A DNA stretch of 64,000 nucleotides from positions 248,001 to 312,000 of the forward strand of contig JAKMXF010000320.1 of assembly GCA_024704765.1 (NCBI GenBank). The letters are read 5' to 3'. Positions 24,462-38,111 of this stretch are shown one piece after another. The notes under the pieces are model-generated. The model ran no database searches. It was not told where the DNA came from and worked only from the letters and a program-made list of their open reading frames with translations. Each line of letters begins with the position of its first letter. Position 1 is the stretch's first letter. The DNA comes from Oopsacas minuta. Lineage: Eukaryota; Animalia; Porifera. A program made the translations under genes and the position numbers.

Positions 24462-26465
24462 GGGGCGCAGCATTTGTTAGAATTTCTACAGTTTGCACTT
24501 GTTAGAATGAGTTTTTCATATGTTTGTACTTGTTAGAATGGTTTTTCTCATATATTTGCACATGTTAGAATGTGTTTTTCATATGTTTGCATTTGTTAGA
24601 ATGGTTCATTCATGATGTAGTGTTGAATGCACAACTTCAACGCCTTCATCATATCAGCTAAAAATATTGTTGTATGTCACTGAATTTGATCTCTCTGGAG
24701 GAACCAAACAAGTTCCCCATCTGAATCGTATTTAATAACATTTTTTGTCTCTGGTATATATTTACAACTAATTATTTTGATGGAATATACATTGGAGGAA
24801 TACAAACGTAATGTCGGAAAGGTTTTCACTACGTCAGATGGAAACAAATAGATTCTTTCTAAATCAAATGTCAATTTTGTTTACCTAAGGTGCGCTTTAT
24901 TCAGAGGTGGCTGCAAAGGAACATATAAACTCAATCGTGAAAGAGATCTGATTACTCCCTTAAATTTGCACAATCATGACCGTGGGGCGTATAAAACTGA
25001 AGTATTCGCTCTCAAAACAAAAATGTAAGACAGTTACAAGAAACTCGCAAATGAATCTTCGGAAGGTTTTCGATGATGTGACAAGAGATGATCCACGGGC
25101 ATGTGAAATATCTTTCTCAGAATGCGAATCCACGATGTTTCGGGCGAGAAAACTCTAGAATCTAAGATCCCTCAGACAGCTTTGGAATTTAGTGACATGA
25201 CAACAACTACAAACTTCGGGAAGTATTACAAATTTAGCGTCTCTGTTGGCAATGAACTTGGTGTGGTATTCTTTTCAGAGCCGATGAAATATTTTTTATC
25301 ACAAATTACCAACATACAATACGATGGGACATTCTTTACTGTACCCATTCAATTTTATCAGTTGTGGACCATTTTCATTTCAGTGGGAAGGCACACTCTA
25401 CCTGCGATACATTGCTTTGACCGGGAAAAACCAACAGCTATATCAAGCTATACTGGAAAGCGTTTCGCAGAAAATCCCTCACTTTCGACCTCTGACCTCA
25501 ATGTCAGATTGGGAACACGACTCTCGAAATTCGTTTAGAGAAACTTATCCTCAGGTAAAGATTTATGGGTGCTGGTTTCATTTCATCCAGTGTGTTTGGG
25601 CAAAACCCAAAAGCTTGGACTTGTAGAAGGATACCATAACAAGCAAGAAATTGAAATATGTATTAAACAGCTGATGTCTATCCCATTTTTGCCAGCCGCG
25701 TTAATCATTCCTACTGATAATTTTATTCAAGTGCTATAAAACTCGAAAAGCTGAAGAAATACTTCAAGAGGAGGTGGATAAATCAAATTTCCCCGAAGAA
25801 CTCGCCATTAATGACATAAATATCACAACCAACAACGGTTCCGAAAGTTACCATTCAAAACTCAAGTCAAATATACGTACAAGTCATCCTAGGATATGGA
25901 GTTTTATTGGAGTTCTAAACAACATAATTCAGGATGTGGACAATGATATTGGTCGTATGTGCCAAGGCAGAGAAATTAGTAGGCCCCCAAAAAGAATAAT
26001 TTAATGATCTTTGAACTTAGGTATACTTTGAAGCAAAAGTTATGTAACGGAGATTACAATCCTTGGCAGTTCCTGGAAGCTATCAGCCACACTATTGGAA
26101 ATTCATATTCTCACTGACTCTGACCCCGAGCGATAGCGAATTTCGGACAACGAATCCGCAGATGAAGGGTCTACAGAAGAAAACAAATGCATTGTTTGTT
26201 TAGGTCAACGTACAGCCACTTGGACATTAATGCCTTGCAGGCACGCTTGTTGTTGTACCAGATGCAGCCAGAGGATTAAAGATCTATGCCAGCCGTGCCC
26301 TATATGTTGGTCAGATATTGAGAACACATTTCAAATATTTATGAATTAATTCTAATTCAAGTTATTGTTGTGTTTTCAGTCTATTAAACTCATTCATATT
26401 CATTTAGTAAGAAACCCCATTCTAACAAGTGCAAACTGTAGAAATTCTAACAAATACATCGCACC
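24462..26465 (+). mobile_element. MULE element encoding FLYWCH-like domain, MULE transposase and C-terminal RING (pseudogene 24780-26349)
   Basis: TIR with ATTTGTTAGAATTTCTACAGTTTGCACTTGTTAGAATG at both ends; ~31-bp tandem repeats at 24499-24605. Motifs LRCALFRGGC...HNH, YDGTF, MSDWE, GCWFHF, TNNGSESYH and CIVC...LMPCRHACCCTRC...CPIC. No TSD found. Confidence 0.8.
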
Positions 26466-26689
26466 AAAAACTGAAAGAAACATTCAAGAATATTAGCTAG
26501 ATTATAGTGATAGAGACGACTAACCAAAGATATAAATTAAGTAGCCGTTCTTATTGAAGAGGCTATTGAAATACTAGTACCTGAGAATATTGCACCATGA
26601 TCCATCCATGTCTCGATTTCTAAAGAGAGCTGTCAACATCGGTTATGCAAAAGTGACAGGGAAAAAATTAATATAGCTAGTTGTAGACT

Positions 26690-26704
26690 AGAAATTTCCT
26701 GGAT
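26690..26704. promoter_or_regulatory. Distal heat-shock element
   Basis: aGAAa tTTCc tGGAt inverted pentamers upstream of hsp70. Confidence 0.55.
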
Positions 26705-26790
26705 ATATCAGGTTTATGGGCAAGAGAATACATTGATAAAATGAAAGAAATAATTGACTCTTTGAATGCCAATGAACTTGTATAACTAAT

Positions 26791-26851
26791 GTTCTAGAAT
26801 ATCCTAGAAGTTCAATATAAACCTACAACCGATTTTAGGTTTATATATAAA
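26791..26851 (+). promoter_or_regulatory. Proximal heat-shock element plus TATA box of hsp70
   Basis: gTTCt aGAAt aTCCt aGAAg tTCAa (26791-26815) and TATATATAAA (26842-26851), 64 bp before the ATG. Confidence 0.75.
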
Positions 26852-26914
26852 TAATGTAAAACTTTGAAAATTATTATAAACAAAGTTTTCAAATATTATC
26901 GCGTTTACTACAAC

Positions 26915-28867
<1,953 letters not shown>

Positions 28868-29203
28868 GTAGGAAGTTCTAACCCATCAGTAATGATGTTT
28901 CTTACATTAGTATAGGTTTGCTCTCTATTATATTAGGAAATAACTCTTATTGTTATTGTATTCTTGATCTTTTAGTTATTAAATTCTATTAATAGTAACA
29001 ACATACTTTATATCGGTGGGGGTAAAATGATAAATTTTATGATCATTGATTAATAGAAATTGGGAGAGTTCTTATATAATATCACATAAATAGTAAATAC
29101 AGGTCATAACTTATCTGGATTGTGGCTGCAAAAATGCTAAATTTGAACCTTATTAGTAAGCTTGTGTTCACATGAACAGCGAATACTGTTTTATGCGAGA
29201 GTA

Positions 29204-29355
29204 CAGTATATGCCGGATATAAGAACACTAACTCGATTAACCGAATCTTTTGTATTCTACTCCATTGATTTTTGCTGGTAATAAGAACACGCCTCGCCGG
29301 ATATAATGACACTTTTTGCTATCCATAAAAGTGTTCTTATAACCGGCATCCACTG
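29204..29355. mobile_element. pogo/Tigger-like MITE
   Basis: TA-CAGT(A/G)(T/G)ATGCCGG.TATAAGAACAC TIRs with TA on both sides. Related to 40731-41121 and a left end at ~34801. Confidence 0.85.
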
Positions 29356-29498
29356 TATACAGATTTATGTATGTATGACGTCATGTTCTTAGGCGATATG
29401 AAATTTAGTAATGTAAATGCTTGCCTATTTATAGTTGCAGCCATTAATATAATTATGACCTGTTGGACTTACGTGTATGCATGTAATAAATGATAATT

Positions 29499-30432
29499 TT
29501 AGGTGAATAAATTTTCTAAAATATTATCTTCATCTTTGAATTTACTATCGATTTTTAATTTCTTAATCTCCATCCCATTTTCCTTGTGAATCAGAGTTCT
29601 CTCTTGGTGATTATTCTCCTGCTGGCATACTCCCATTTCCAATAGTCTTGTTATTTCATTTGTTATCGCAAGTTCTAATACATTAATTCGTTCACAATTC
29701 AAATTCATTTTAATGTTAGCCTCTTCTACAAGAAATTTGAGATATTTTTCTTCGACTAGGATACTCCCATCTCTTCCAATTGGTACTTCTAGTCCCTGAG
29801 TACTTCTCACTGCTAGTATTATCTTCTTTCCAATTGAGAGGCCAGAATTCCTATAACCACATCCAACAGCTACCTGCAAAATATATATACTGTTACATTT
29901 GTATATACGTATTATTTGGACGGGTTGTTCGTGTGGTATGTGTATAGGTTATAGTTATTTGAAAAGTGGAAGCAGTTTTTCAGGACTTTCCGTAAGTTAA
30001 TAGTAGTACACTAAACATCCATAAACTGGGTAAACATTTTTCAGCGTGGAAGTTACACTGCACACTCACTGACCATTTCACCAGTCTTGTATGAGTCTAT
30101 ATGAGTGTTTGTCAAAAGCCATTATTCATTTGAAACATAAATTTCGATATTTATGAGACAGGATTTTTGAGAAATATATTTTCTATTATTCTGTCGTCTC
30201 TGTACTCTATTTCACTCACCTTCATAAGTGCTTTTGAACACTCAATATTTGCACAACACACGTGAAGTATTAGAGGCTCGAACTTTAATGTAATAACATT
30301 ACAAACCTCCCTCTTCAATGTACCGTAACCTCCCTCTTCAATGCTACAATGTGTATATATTACGCATCAATATTACATGTGTTTAATGTTCCTTAATGTG
30401 TTCCACTTACAGGAACTAGCTGACTTTTCTGA
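29499..30432 (-). pseudogene. TYW3: TYW3 (tRNA wybutosine-synthesizing protein 3) 3' portion, 5'-truncated
   Basis: Exons 30411-30432, 30220-30343 and 29499-29873 with GT-AG introns splice to TLKFEPLILHVCCANIECSKALMKVAVGCGYRNSGLSIGKKIILAVRSTQGLEVP. A 23-bp duplication at 30304-30343 shifts the frame. The N-terminal SRKGSID region was not found. Confidence 0.85.
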
Positions 30433-30698
30433 GTAGAAAAGAATGGAGTTAAAGGGACTAATTAGAAAATGCAATACTGCACGCATCTGTTTATTTCAAA
30501 AGACAAAAATTCACACAAGTATCAAATATAATCCTTTATTCTAGGGAAGTGTACTTAAAAAATCGACTGACATTAAAATGACTTTTGGTAAAAACGGGAC
30601 GTGAGAGGGGAATTCTGATGACAGATTGAGAATCAGTATACTCAAGTTAACTAAAACAACCCATGGATAATAATCAGCAAATTTGACGCAGGGCAGTG
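30433..30698 (-). mobile_element. Solo left end of Chapaev3 family B
   Basis: Near-identical reverse complement of 10622-~10890, ending CGCAGGGCAGTG followed by taa. Confidence 0.9.
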
Positions 30699-31274
30699 TA
30701 ATAATTAATTATTTAAATTGCTTTTCTTTTAATGAGACAATAATTTCGCATTCTTTATTACCATTTAGTTTCTGTGCGTATCCAGACAATAAGCACTTCA
30801 TTATTGAAATATGATTAATTCATTAATTAGTATTCCAGATTACATTAATACATACAATATGTCAGGATATTCTGCCAAGATATCAGAATGCATTTAGAGA
30901 AAGCGAAGAAAGTTGCAGAGTCACTTTTTTCAACAGGTAGTAATTTCTATAATTTCATACATACCATATTTATGTATATTTGTTTACTTTTAGATAAACC
31001 AAAGGAGAAAAAAGGAAATCCCATTGGGAGATGAGAGTCAGAAAGTTATAATTCCAGGGCTACCCACCATTCTTCCAGCAAACATAAGCGAGGAGCAAAA
31101 TCAACTTTATCTCAGGTAGTATATCATATTTTCCTAGTTACAGAGTCAATGATAACTATTTAGGATAATACGTAGTATAATTGCATGCAATTTTCAAATA
31201 AAATGCAATTGAATAGAAAAAGTAGATTCTAAACCAGTTACTAATTAACAGACTATTTTGCTATGAAAGATCGT

Positions 31275-32547
31275 TCAAAAAAATTGTAGACAATTAGTAT
31301 TCTTCTCACACACAACTATAATGTGTCCTGTGTTGTCTATCGCTATTCCAAATGGACCATCGAACTCCCCGATACCCTGACCTTTCTTCCCAAACTTGTG
31401 TATCTGTTCTCCCTCCTGATTGAATACGTACACGCAGTGATTACTGTAGTCACCCATAATGAGGTTATAGCTCTGTCTATGTCGAAACGTAATGGATTGT
31501 TTGTTTGTTTGTTTGCCAACACCTCTAGTTATCAGTCTGTTGGTTAGAACGTGATCTGAATTGAACACAAACATACACGGATCACTCCCATCTAGCACCA
31601 ATACTCTGTCTCTTGTAACCTTAACGTCACGTGGATGGTTAAACAAGCCTATTCCTAGCATGGAATGGAACTTGAGTTCTTGAGTTAAGATTTGAACTCT
31701 TTTATTCTAAAAATCACATACGTACACATTGCTATTTCTATTAGAGACATCTAGACCGTGTGGACCGTCGAACTGAGCTTTTCCTTTTCCTTTACTACCA
31801 ACACTCTTGATTAGTTCCCTTCTAGCTCGTACTTATTAATACAGTGAGCAAACAATTGTGTAACGAACACTTTATTCTGAGATATACAGATACCCATTGT
31901 TGTGTTCATCTTCTCACTGAACATGAAGAGATAGTCTCCGTTACTGGTAAATACTTGTGCACGATGGTTTAACATATTAGCTATGTAAATGTTTCCAGTT
32001 TGGTAATGTACTGCTATACCTCTGGACAGTTCAGTTCTCCTGGAGCTTTCTTGTCTGTAGATTTCTTACAGCAGTAAGTAGTAGGCAGCTGTTTAGCCTT
32101 GTAGTCAGGTACAACAGGCTTCACTTGAGGAGGGTAGGTGCGGGTGGGAGATATGATAATCTGACTGTTAAGCTTAATACTCCCTAGCTGTTCTATGTCA
32201 GTCTCGAATTGATTGTTCCATTCAAACTCAATACTACTGTCTGTATCAGCTGTTAATTCTGTTATCTTCTTGTTGATAGCTGATTGAATTATTTGATGAA
32301 CGTCAGTGAGTGTATTTGCGGAGAATGTCCCTGCAGTGTGTGTTATTTCTTTATTCAAAGTCTCTAGCAATTTATCCACTTCCTGATTTTTGTTATTATA
32401 ATCTTTCTCGATTTGATCAATACGAGAGAGGAGTATATTCTCTCTGAGTTGTAGAGCTTCATGTGACCTCTTGAAGCAGTCTCGAATCTTACTTCTACTC
32501 TCTTTTACTTGTTCGATAAAGTTTCTGTTCACTGATACGCTAGCCAT
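31275..32547 (-). pseudogene. Coiled-coil + NHL-repeat (TRIM2/TRIM71-like C-terminus) gene, frameshifted, copy 1
   Basis: MASVSVNRNFIEQ... coiled coil, then NHL blades (FNHPRDV, VYVFNQEGEQIHKFGKKGQGIGEFDGPFGIAIDNTGHIIV). Frameshift after ELNCPE. Confidence 0.85.
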
Positions 32548-33371
32548 TTTGTATATTTCACTTTTGCTTAGCTTTGAAAACTTTACTATATATTCCCCTA
32601 TATAAGAGCTCAAATATTAAATACAGCCTACAGGGAATTTATTGCATTATTTTGTGGTCCATTAATAAGCTATCTTATCTTTTTGAATAAATTTTCTACG
32701 AGGAGCTTCGCTTCGTGCCTCGATGTTTTGTAAGGACGAATATTACACGCGACTTCAAGTAGCGAAATTCGAAAAACAGTGCTCGAATACCCCGGTATGA
32801 CCGTTGAAACTAAGCTTCTGCAACTACGGTCGAAACCAGTTTATTCTTACTTATTTGTTTTTCTTGCTAAATTTCCTGCAAACAAATAATAAGAAAAACC
32901 GGTTTCGTTTGTATTCAGAAATTTGTTGACTTTATATTCTTGAAAACAACAAATAATTTACATGTGATTAATTCACATGTGTGAAGAATTGGATTCAGCA
33001 TAGTCGATATATTTGTCAATTTATATTGAATTCCGTATACTTTCTTGTTTAACACGATAAATATTTTACTATATTATAGTTGGGATTACATTTATCTATA
33101 TTCTATAACACACAATTCTTAGAATTAAGTAATGAATAATTCTAAGAATTGGGATATAAAAATGTAATAACTAAAGCCCCTGCTGGTATATATTTGAAAG
33201 TTTCTTGCTCTCCTGGCAAAGAACCAAATAATATCTTTCAGCGAGATATTAAATTATAAGATATATAGTAACCGTAGAATCCCTATAGGCTGTTACTTGA
33301 AATTTGAGCTCTTACATAGAGGTATATATATAGTAAAGTTTTCAAAGCTAAGCAAAAGTGAAATATACAAA

Positions 33372-34645
33372 ATGGCTAGCGTATCAGTGAACAGAAACTT
33401 TATCGAACAAGTAAAAGAGAGTAGAAGTAAGATTCGAGACTGCTTCAAGAGGTCACATGAAGCTCTACAACTCAGAGAGAATATACTCCTCTCTCGTATT
33501 GATCAAATCGAGAAAGATTATAATAACAAAAATCAGGAAGTGGATAAATTGCTAGAGACTTTGAATAAAGAAATAACACACACTGCAGGGACATTCTCCG
33601 CAAATACACTCACTGACGTTCATCAAATAATTCAATCAGCTATCAACAAGAAGATAACAGAATTAACAGCTGATACAGACAGTAGTATTGAGTTTGAATG
33701 GAACAATCAATTCGAGACTGACATAGAACAGCTAGGGAGTATTAAGCTTAACAGTCAGATTATCATATCTCCCACCCGCACCTACCCTCCTCAAGTGAAG
33801 CCTGTTGTACCTGACTACAAGGCTAAACAGCTGCCTACTACTTACTGCTGTAAGAAATCTACAGACAAGAAAGCTCCAGGAGAACTGAACTGTCCAGAGG
33901 TATAGCAGTACATTACCAAACTGGAAACATTTACATAGCTAATATGTTAAACCATCGTGCACAAGTATTTACCAGTAACGGAGACTATCTCTTCATGTTC
34001 AGTGAGAAGATGAACACAACAATGGGTATCTGTATATCTCAGAATAAAGTGTTCGTTACACAATTGTTTGCTCACTGTATTAATAAGTACGAGCTAGAAG
34101 GGAACTAATCAAGAGTGTTGGTAGTAAAGGAAAAGGAAAAGCTCAGTTCGACGGTCCACACGGTCTAGATGTCTCTAATAGAAATAGCAATGTGTACGTA
34201 TGTGATTTTTAGAATAAAAGAGTTCAAATCTTAACTCAAGAACTCAAGTTCCATTCCATGCTAGGAATAGGCTTGTTTAACCATCCACGTGACGTTAAGG
34301 TTACAAGAGACAGAGTATTGGTGCTAGATGGGAGTGATCCGTGTATGTTTGTGTTCAATTCAGATCACGTTCTAACCAACAGACTGATAACTAGAGGTGT
34401 TGGCAAACAAACAAACAAACAATCCATTACGTTTCGACATAGACAGAGACTATAACCTCATTATGGGTGACTACAGTAATCACTGCGTGTACGTATTCAA
34501 TCAGGAGGGAGAACAGATACACAAGTTTGGGAAGAAAGGTCAGGGTATCGGGGAGTTCGATGGTCCATTTGGAATAGCGATAGACAACACAGGACACATT
34601 ATAGTTGTGTGTGAGAAGAATACTAATTGTCTACAATTTTTTTGA
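33372..34645 (+). pseudogene. Coiled-coil + NHL-repeat gene, frameshifted, copy 2
   Basis: Reverse-complement twin of 31275-32547 with the same ELNCPEV* break and the same AAAC microsatellite slip. Confidence 0.85.
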
Positions 34646-36928
34646 ACGATCTTTCATAGCAAAATAGTCTGTTAATTAGTAACTGGTTTAGAATCTACTT
34701 TTTCTATTCAATTGCATTTGTTATTAGTAATTGCATAGAAGTGTACTATACTATTACCAAAAATCTCTATGTCCAACTGCCATGAGGCTAAACTAATATA
34801 CAGTGGATGCCGCGCCGGTTGTAAGAACACCGGGTTAAATACATGCTAGAATTAAGCAACATTCCAAAAACGGTTCTCATTCAGATATCCTGGCTAGACC
34901 ACCATTTGGCACATCGATTTCGAACTGTCCGACGAAAAACAATTGACGAAATAATAAGGGCAAAATTGCTATATGATAGCATACGATATATTATTTTCTA
35001 GTACTGTTCTCAATTATAATTATTTTATTCAGAACACTTGAGGGTTGAAGAGATAACTCGTAGATTGAAAGTAGCAGATTATGACAGTCCTCTAAATCCA
35101 GAAGACAGGTTATACTATTAGTTATTGGTGTGCTTGTCCCTATTCGGATAAGAGGTACACTCAGATGGTGTGTACTATTTTATTTCACGAAGTGTACGTC
35201 ATATCCCAGTTCTACTGCAACTATTTAGAAAATTTGAGTTTTTGTCTGATATTCTGTGATTTCCAGAATTTCAGTAAAAACTAAGGGCCCTAATTTGTAC
35301 TATTTTGGAAAATCGGTGAAAGGAGGAAATTTATCATGCGGTTTCTAATCGCAGGTCTCCATCCTCTGAGCCTGAATACGGCACAGACGGTAAGAGAGTA
35401 AACACGAGAGAAGTTCGTTACATATACATTGGAATGATAAACCTATCATTGATTCATGGCTTATCATTATTTCGATATGTGAAAACATTGAGTTGTGTCG
35501 GGCTAGGAATTGACGGATTATGCAGGTTAACTATTCATTCATAATATCAAGAATGTCAATACGCTGTGGACCGCTGATACCTGTTGTTGAAAGAAATGGA
35601 TCTTAAACCAAATCCTTGGGCTTGGGCATCTATGCTGTAGGCACTAGAACGGTAGTCCTTTTCAACCGCTGAAATGAAATGTTCTAAGAAATATACAAAT
35701 TATATGTCCCAGAGGTTATTCGTGTCTCTACAAGTGGGCAGATAAAGGGTGGAGGCTTAACAGAATATAGCCGAGAAAAGTGTGATTTCATGACGTCAAA
35801 AAGGTGCGAAAATCTCGATTTGGGTGCGGGAATTGGTTAAAACTGAAAGTCATTGTCTTCATATTTTAATGAATATTTGTTTTCATATTTATTTTATATA
35901 GGGTACATAGTATTAATGGATAAGAAATAATCACTTATTATTTTAGATAGCCACCGTGTTGTTGCTATGGAATGTTATTACTTGCTCTTTTCATACATAA
36001 TTTATATGCCATTGAATCCGAAAAATCTTTTTCAGCATAATTACAATCTTTAAGGGATACGATTTTGAATTTTATTTGAAATTCTCTATTTTGAGATTGT
36101 CGTATGAAATATAGATAATATATAGACAAAGGACACCAGCCAGCCAAATATTATTAAAAGTAATTAGATGTAGCCATTTTTCCTTGAAAAATCCCTCAAA
36201 ATTTCACATGTGCCTCCGCGAAGAATCGTATACATGATGTGAAAATATATAGAAATAATGGTTTCGGACACTTTAAAATTTCAAAATCGAATTCTATTCA
36301 CCCGAATACCCCAGACTAGGCGATGGAAGCAAATCTCCAGGACATATTCCAAATTTACACTAAAAGGTGTGACAATATGATTAATCATATGATAAATACT
36401 TCATTTAACACCCATATTTTAATCAACCAATAGAACTGCATGCTACAATAAATACAAATGCATTGTAGTGTGTATGTAAATACATGCACCCCAATAGACC
36501 TATTGATTGCAAGTACTTCAAATTCAAAAGCATGCAATCTGATAGGCCAAAAAATGAGGTCGCTAGGTGTGAAAATAATCACATTAGAAAAAATTCAAAC
36601 GTCAGGTGAGAATTAGACAGGGATTTCACATCTGTCTCTAAAATTTTAGGACCTATCTATAATACTTTTGGCTGGGCACCGGAGAGGGAGAAATAAAAAC
36701 AAGAATCTGATACCACAGCCTCTGCCTTCGGACACCATTTTATCCTATGGTGTCAAAATAACTTAGAAACAATTCCCTATGACATTTGAAAGTGTCAAAA
36801 TCGAATTCTACACATCTGATTATCCGTTAGTAGCCAGTGGAAGCTAATCTCTAGCTTAATATATATTCGCGAAAAAGTTTTGAAAATATGATTAATCATA
36901 TGATAAATACTTCATTTAACACCTTATA

Positions 36929-37107
36929 CAGTAGAACCTCGTTAATACGTAGACGAATGGACATTAGAAATTAGTACTTCTCATCCGAAGTACCTATTAA
37001 CCGGACAATACTGATTGAAAAACCATTGTAAGGACCTTACTTTGTGTGAATATTTTTCCGTGGTATCCAGAAATTCGTATTAACCGTGTTCGTAAGAGGT
37101 TCTACTG
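36929..37107. mobile_element. pogo-like MITE
   Basis: TA TSD; CAGTAGAACCTC / GAGGTTCTACTG. Confidence 0.85.
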
Positions 37108-37146
37108 TATATTTTTTATCAACCAATAGAAGTGCACACTACAATC

Positions 37147-37682
37147 CAGGCTTGGACCGGGTCATGATTACCTGACCTGGTAAGCTCTGACCCGGTGACT
37201 CGGTAGGCCAGGTTAAACCTCTGACCCGGTGACCCGGTTTTTGAAAATATTAATTTTCTATATTCATGCGATTTGATAATGATTAGATTTTACTAAGTTT
37301 AAATATCCAGGGATTTGGCAATAAAAATCCAGGGAGATTTGTAGAAGGGGTTGGTAAGTCTGAACAAGGTACAGTGTTTAAAACTCGCCTAGGGTCCTAA
37401 TAGTTAAAGTTGCGATATATAGCAGCTAGAACCCTAGTGTTTTCTGTTAGCATTATATTTTTGATCCAAAAGTCCTGAAAATAAGTAATGATACCAAACA
37501 AGTTTAGTAAAAATACTAATGATTCATGAAAATGAAACGTCTAACTAATTTTGACTGAATCTTCATGATTTTACAAACCGATATAATTTAATTATCTTTA
37601 AGGATAAAACCGGGTCAAGTCAAAATTAGTGACCCGGCTCAGACCCGAAATTTATTGAAAATATTGACCCGGTCCAAACCTG
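37147..37682. mobile_element. hAT MITE
   Basis: TIR CAGGCTTGGACCGGGTCA / TGACCCGGTCCAAACCTG; TSD ctacaatc/ttacaatc; tgacccgg subrepeats. Confidence 0.9.
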
Positions 37683-38111
37683 TTACAATCAATAAAAATG
37701 AATTGCAGTTTATAATGGAAATACATGAACTCCAATAGACCTATAGCTATAGATTGATAGTGTTTCCTTCATATTGTCAAAAGGCTGCAATCTGATAGGT
37801 AAAACATGAGGTCCTTAGAAGGCATGACTCATATGAGGCACTACAATGGAGTTTATTATATACAATATTTTTATAGCTCTCTAATAGTAAATAGCAAAAA
37901 ACAGATGCACTTGTACATCCATAGTCCAGTTGATTATGCTGGTCCAAGTCCTTATATTTCGTAGTTCATGGACCAAGTTAAAAGCACTGCAGAAATAGTA
38001 ACCAATCAAATTCAACCTTCAATGGGTAGAAGTATTATGTATAGTATTAATATAAATAACTTTAGATATTGTTTATACACTTTCAGATATAAATTAGATT
38101 ACTAGAAAGTT

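Larger units (their letters stand above)
31201..34719. repeat. Large inverted repeat, ~1.4 kb near-identical arms (31201-32615, 33301-34719) and ~685 bp spacer
   Basis: Identical ORF translations on opposite strands. Arm ends aaatgcaatt / aattgcattt. A 1-bp indel near 34448 and a few inner-end differences. Confidence 0.95.
30859..35421 (+). pseudogene. SF1: Splicing factor 1 (SF1/BBP) 5' portion, disrupted and 3'-truncated
   Basis: Exons 30859-30936, 30994-31114, 35033-35108 and 35355-~35421 give KSHWGDESQKVIIPGLPTILPANISEEQNQLYL / HLRVEEITRRLKVADYDSPLNPEDR / SPSSEPEYGTDGKRVNTREVR. This matches SF1 RW...VIPGMPT.IP...EQ..Y...IE...RL......PNPEDRSPSPEP.Y...GKRLNTRE. Small indels are present and no KH domain follows. 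Confidence 0.85.
36285..37815. repeat. Diverged ~300 bp direct repeat pair; second copy split by two MITEs
   Basis: aaatcgaattcta...gattaatcatatgataaatacttcatttaacacc...atcaaccaataga...ccaatagacctat...gcaatctgatagg occurs at ~36285-36570 and again at ~36797-37815. Confidence 0.75.

Noticed and set aside
24499-24605. 31-bp repeats (and the repeats at 50080-50640 and 15760-15830) as CRISPR-like arrays
   Set aside because: No unique spacers, eukaryotic context, and they are subterminal repeats of MULE-type TIRs.
31275-34645. NHL beta-propeller genes as a RAG2-like partner of the RAG1-like element
   Set aside because: They are NHL rather than Kelch repeats, have no PHD finger, lie over 11 kb away and are outside the TIRs.
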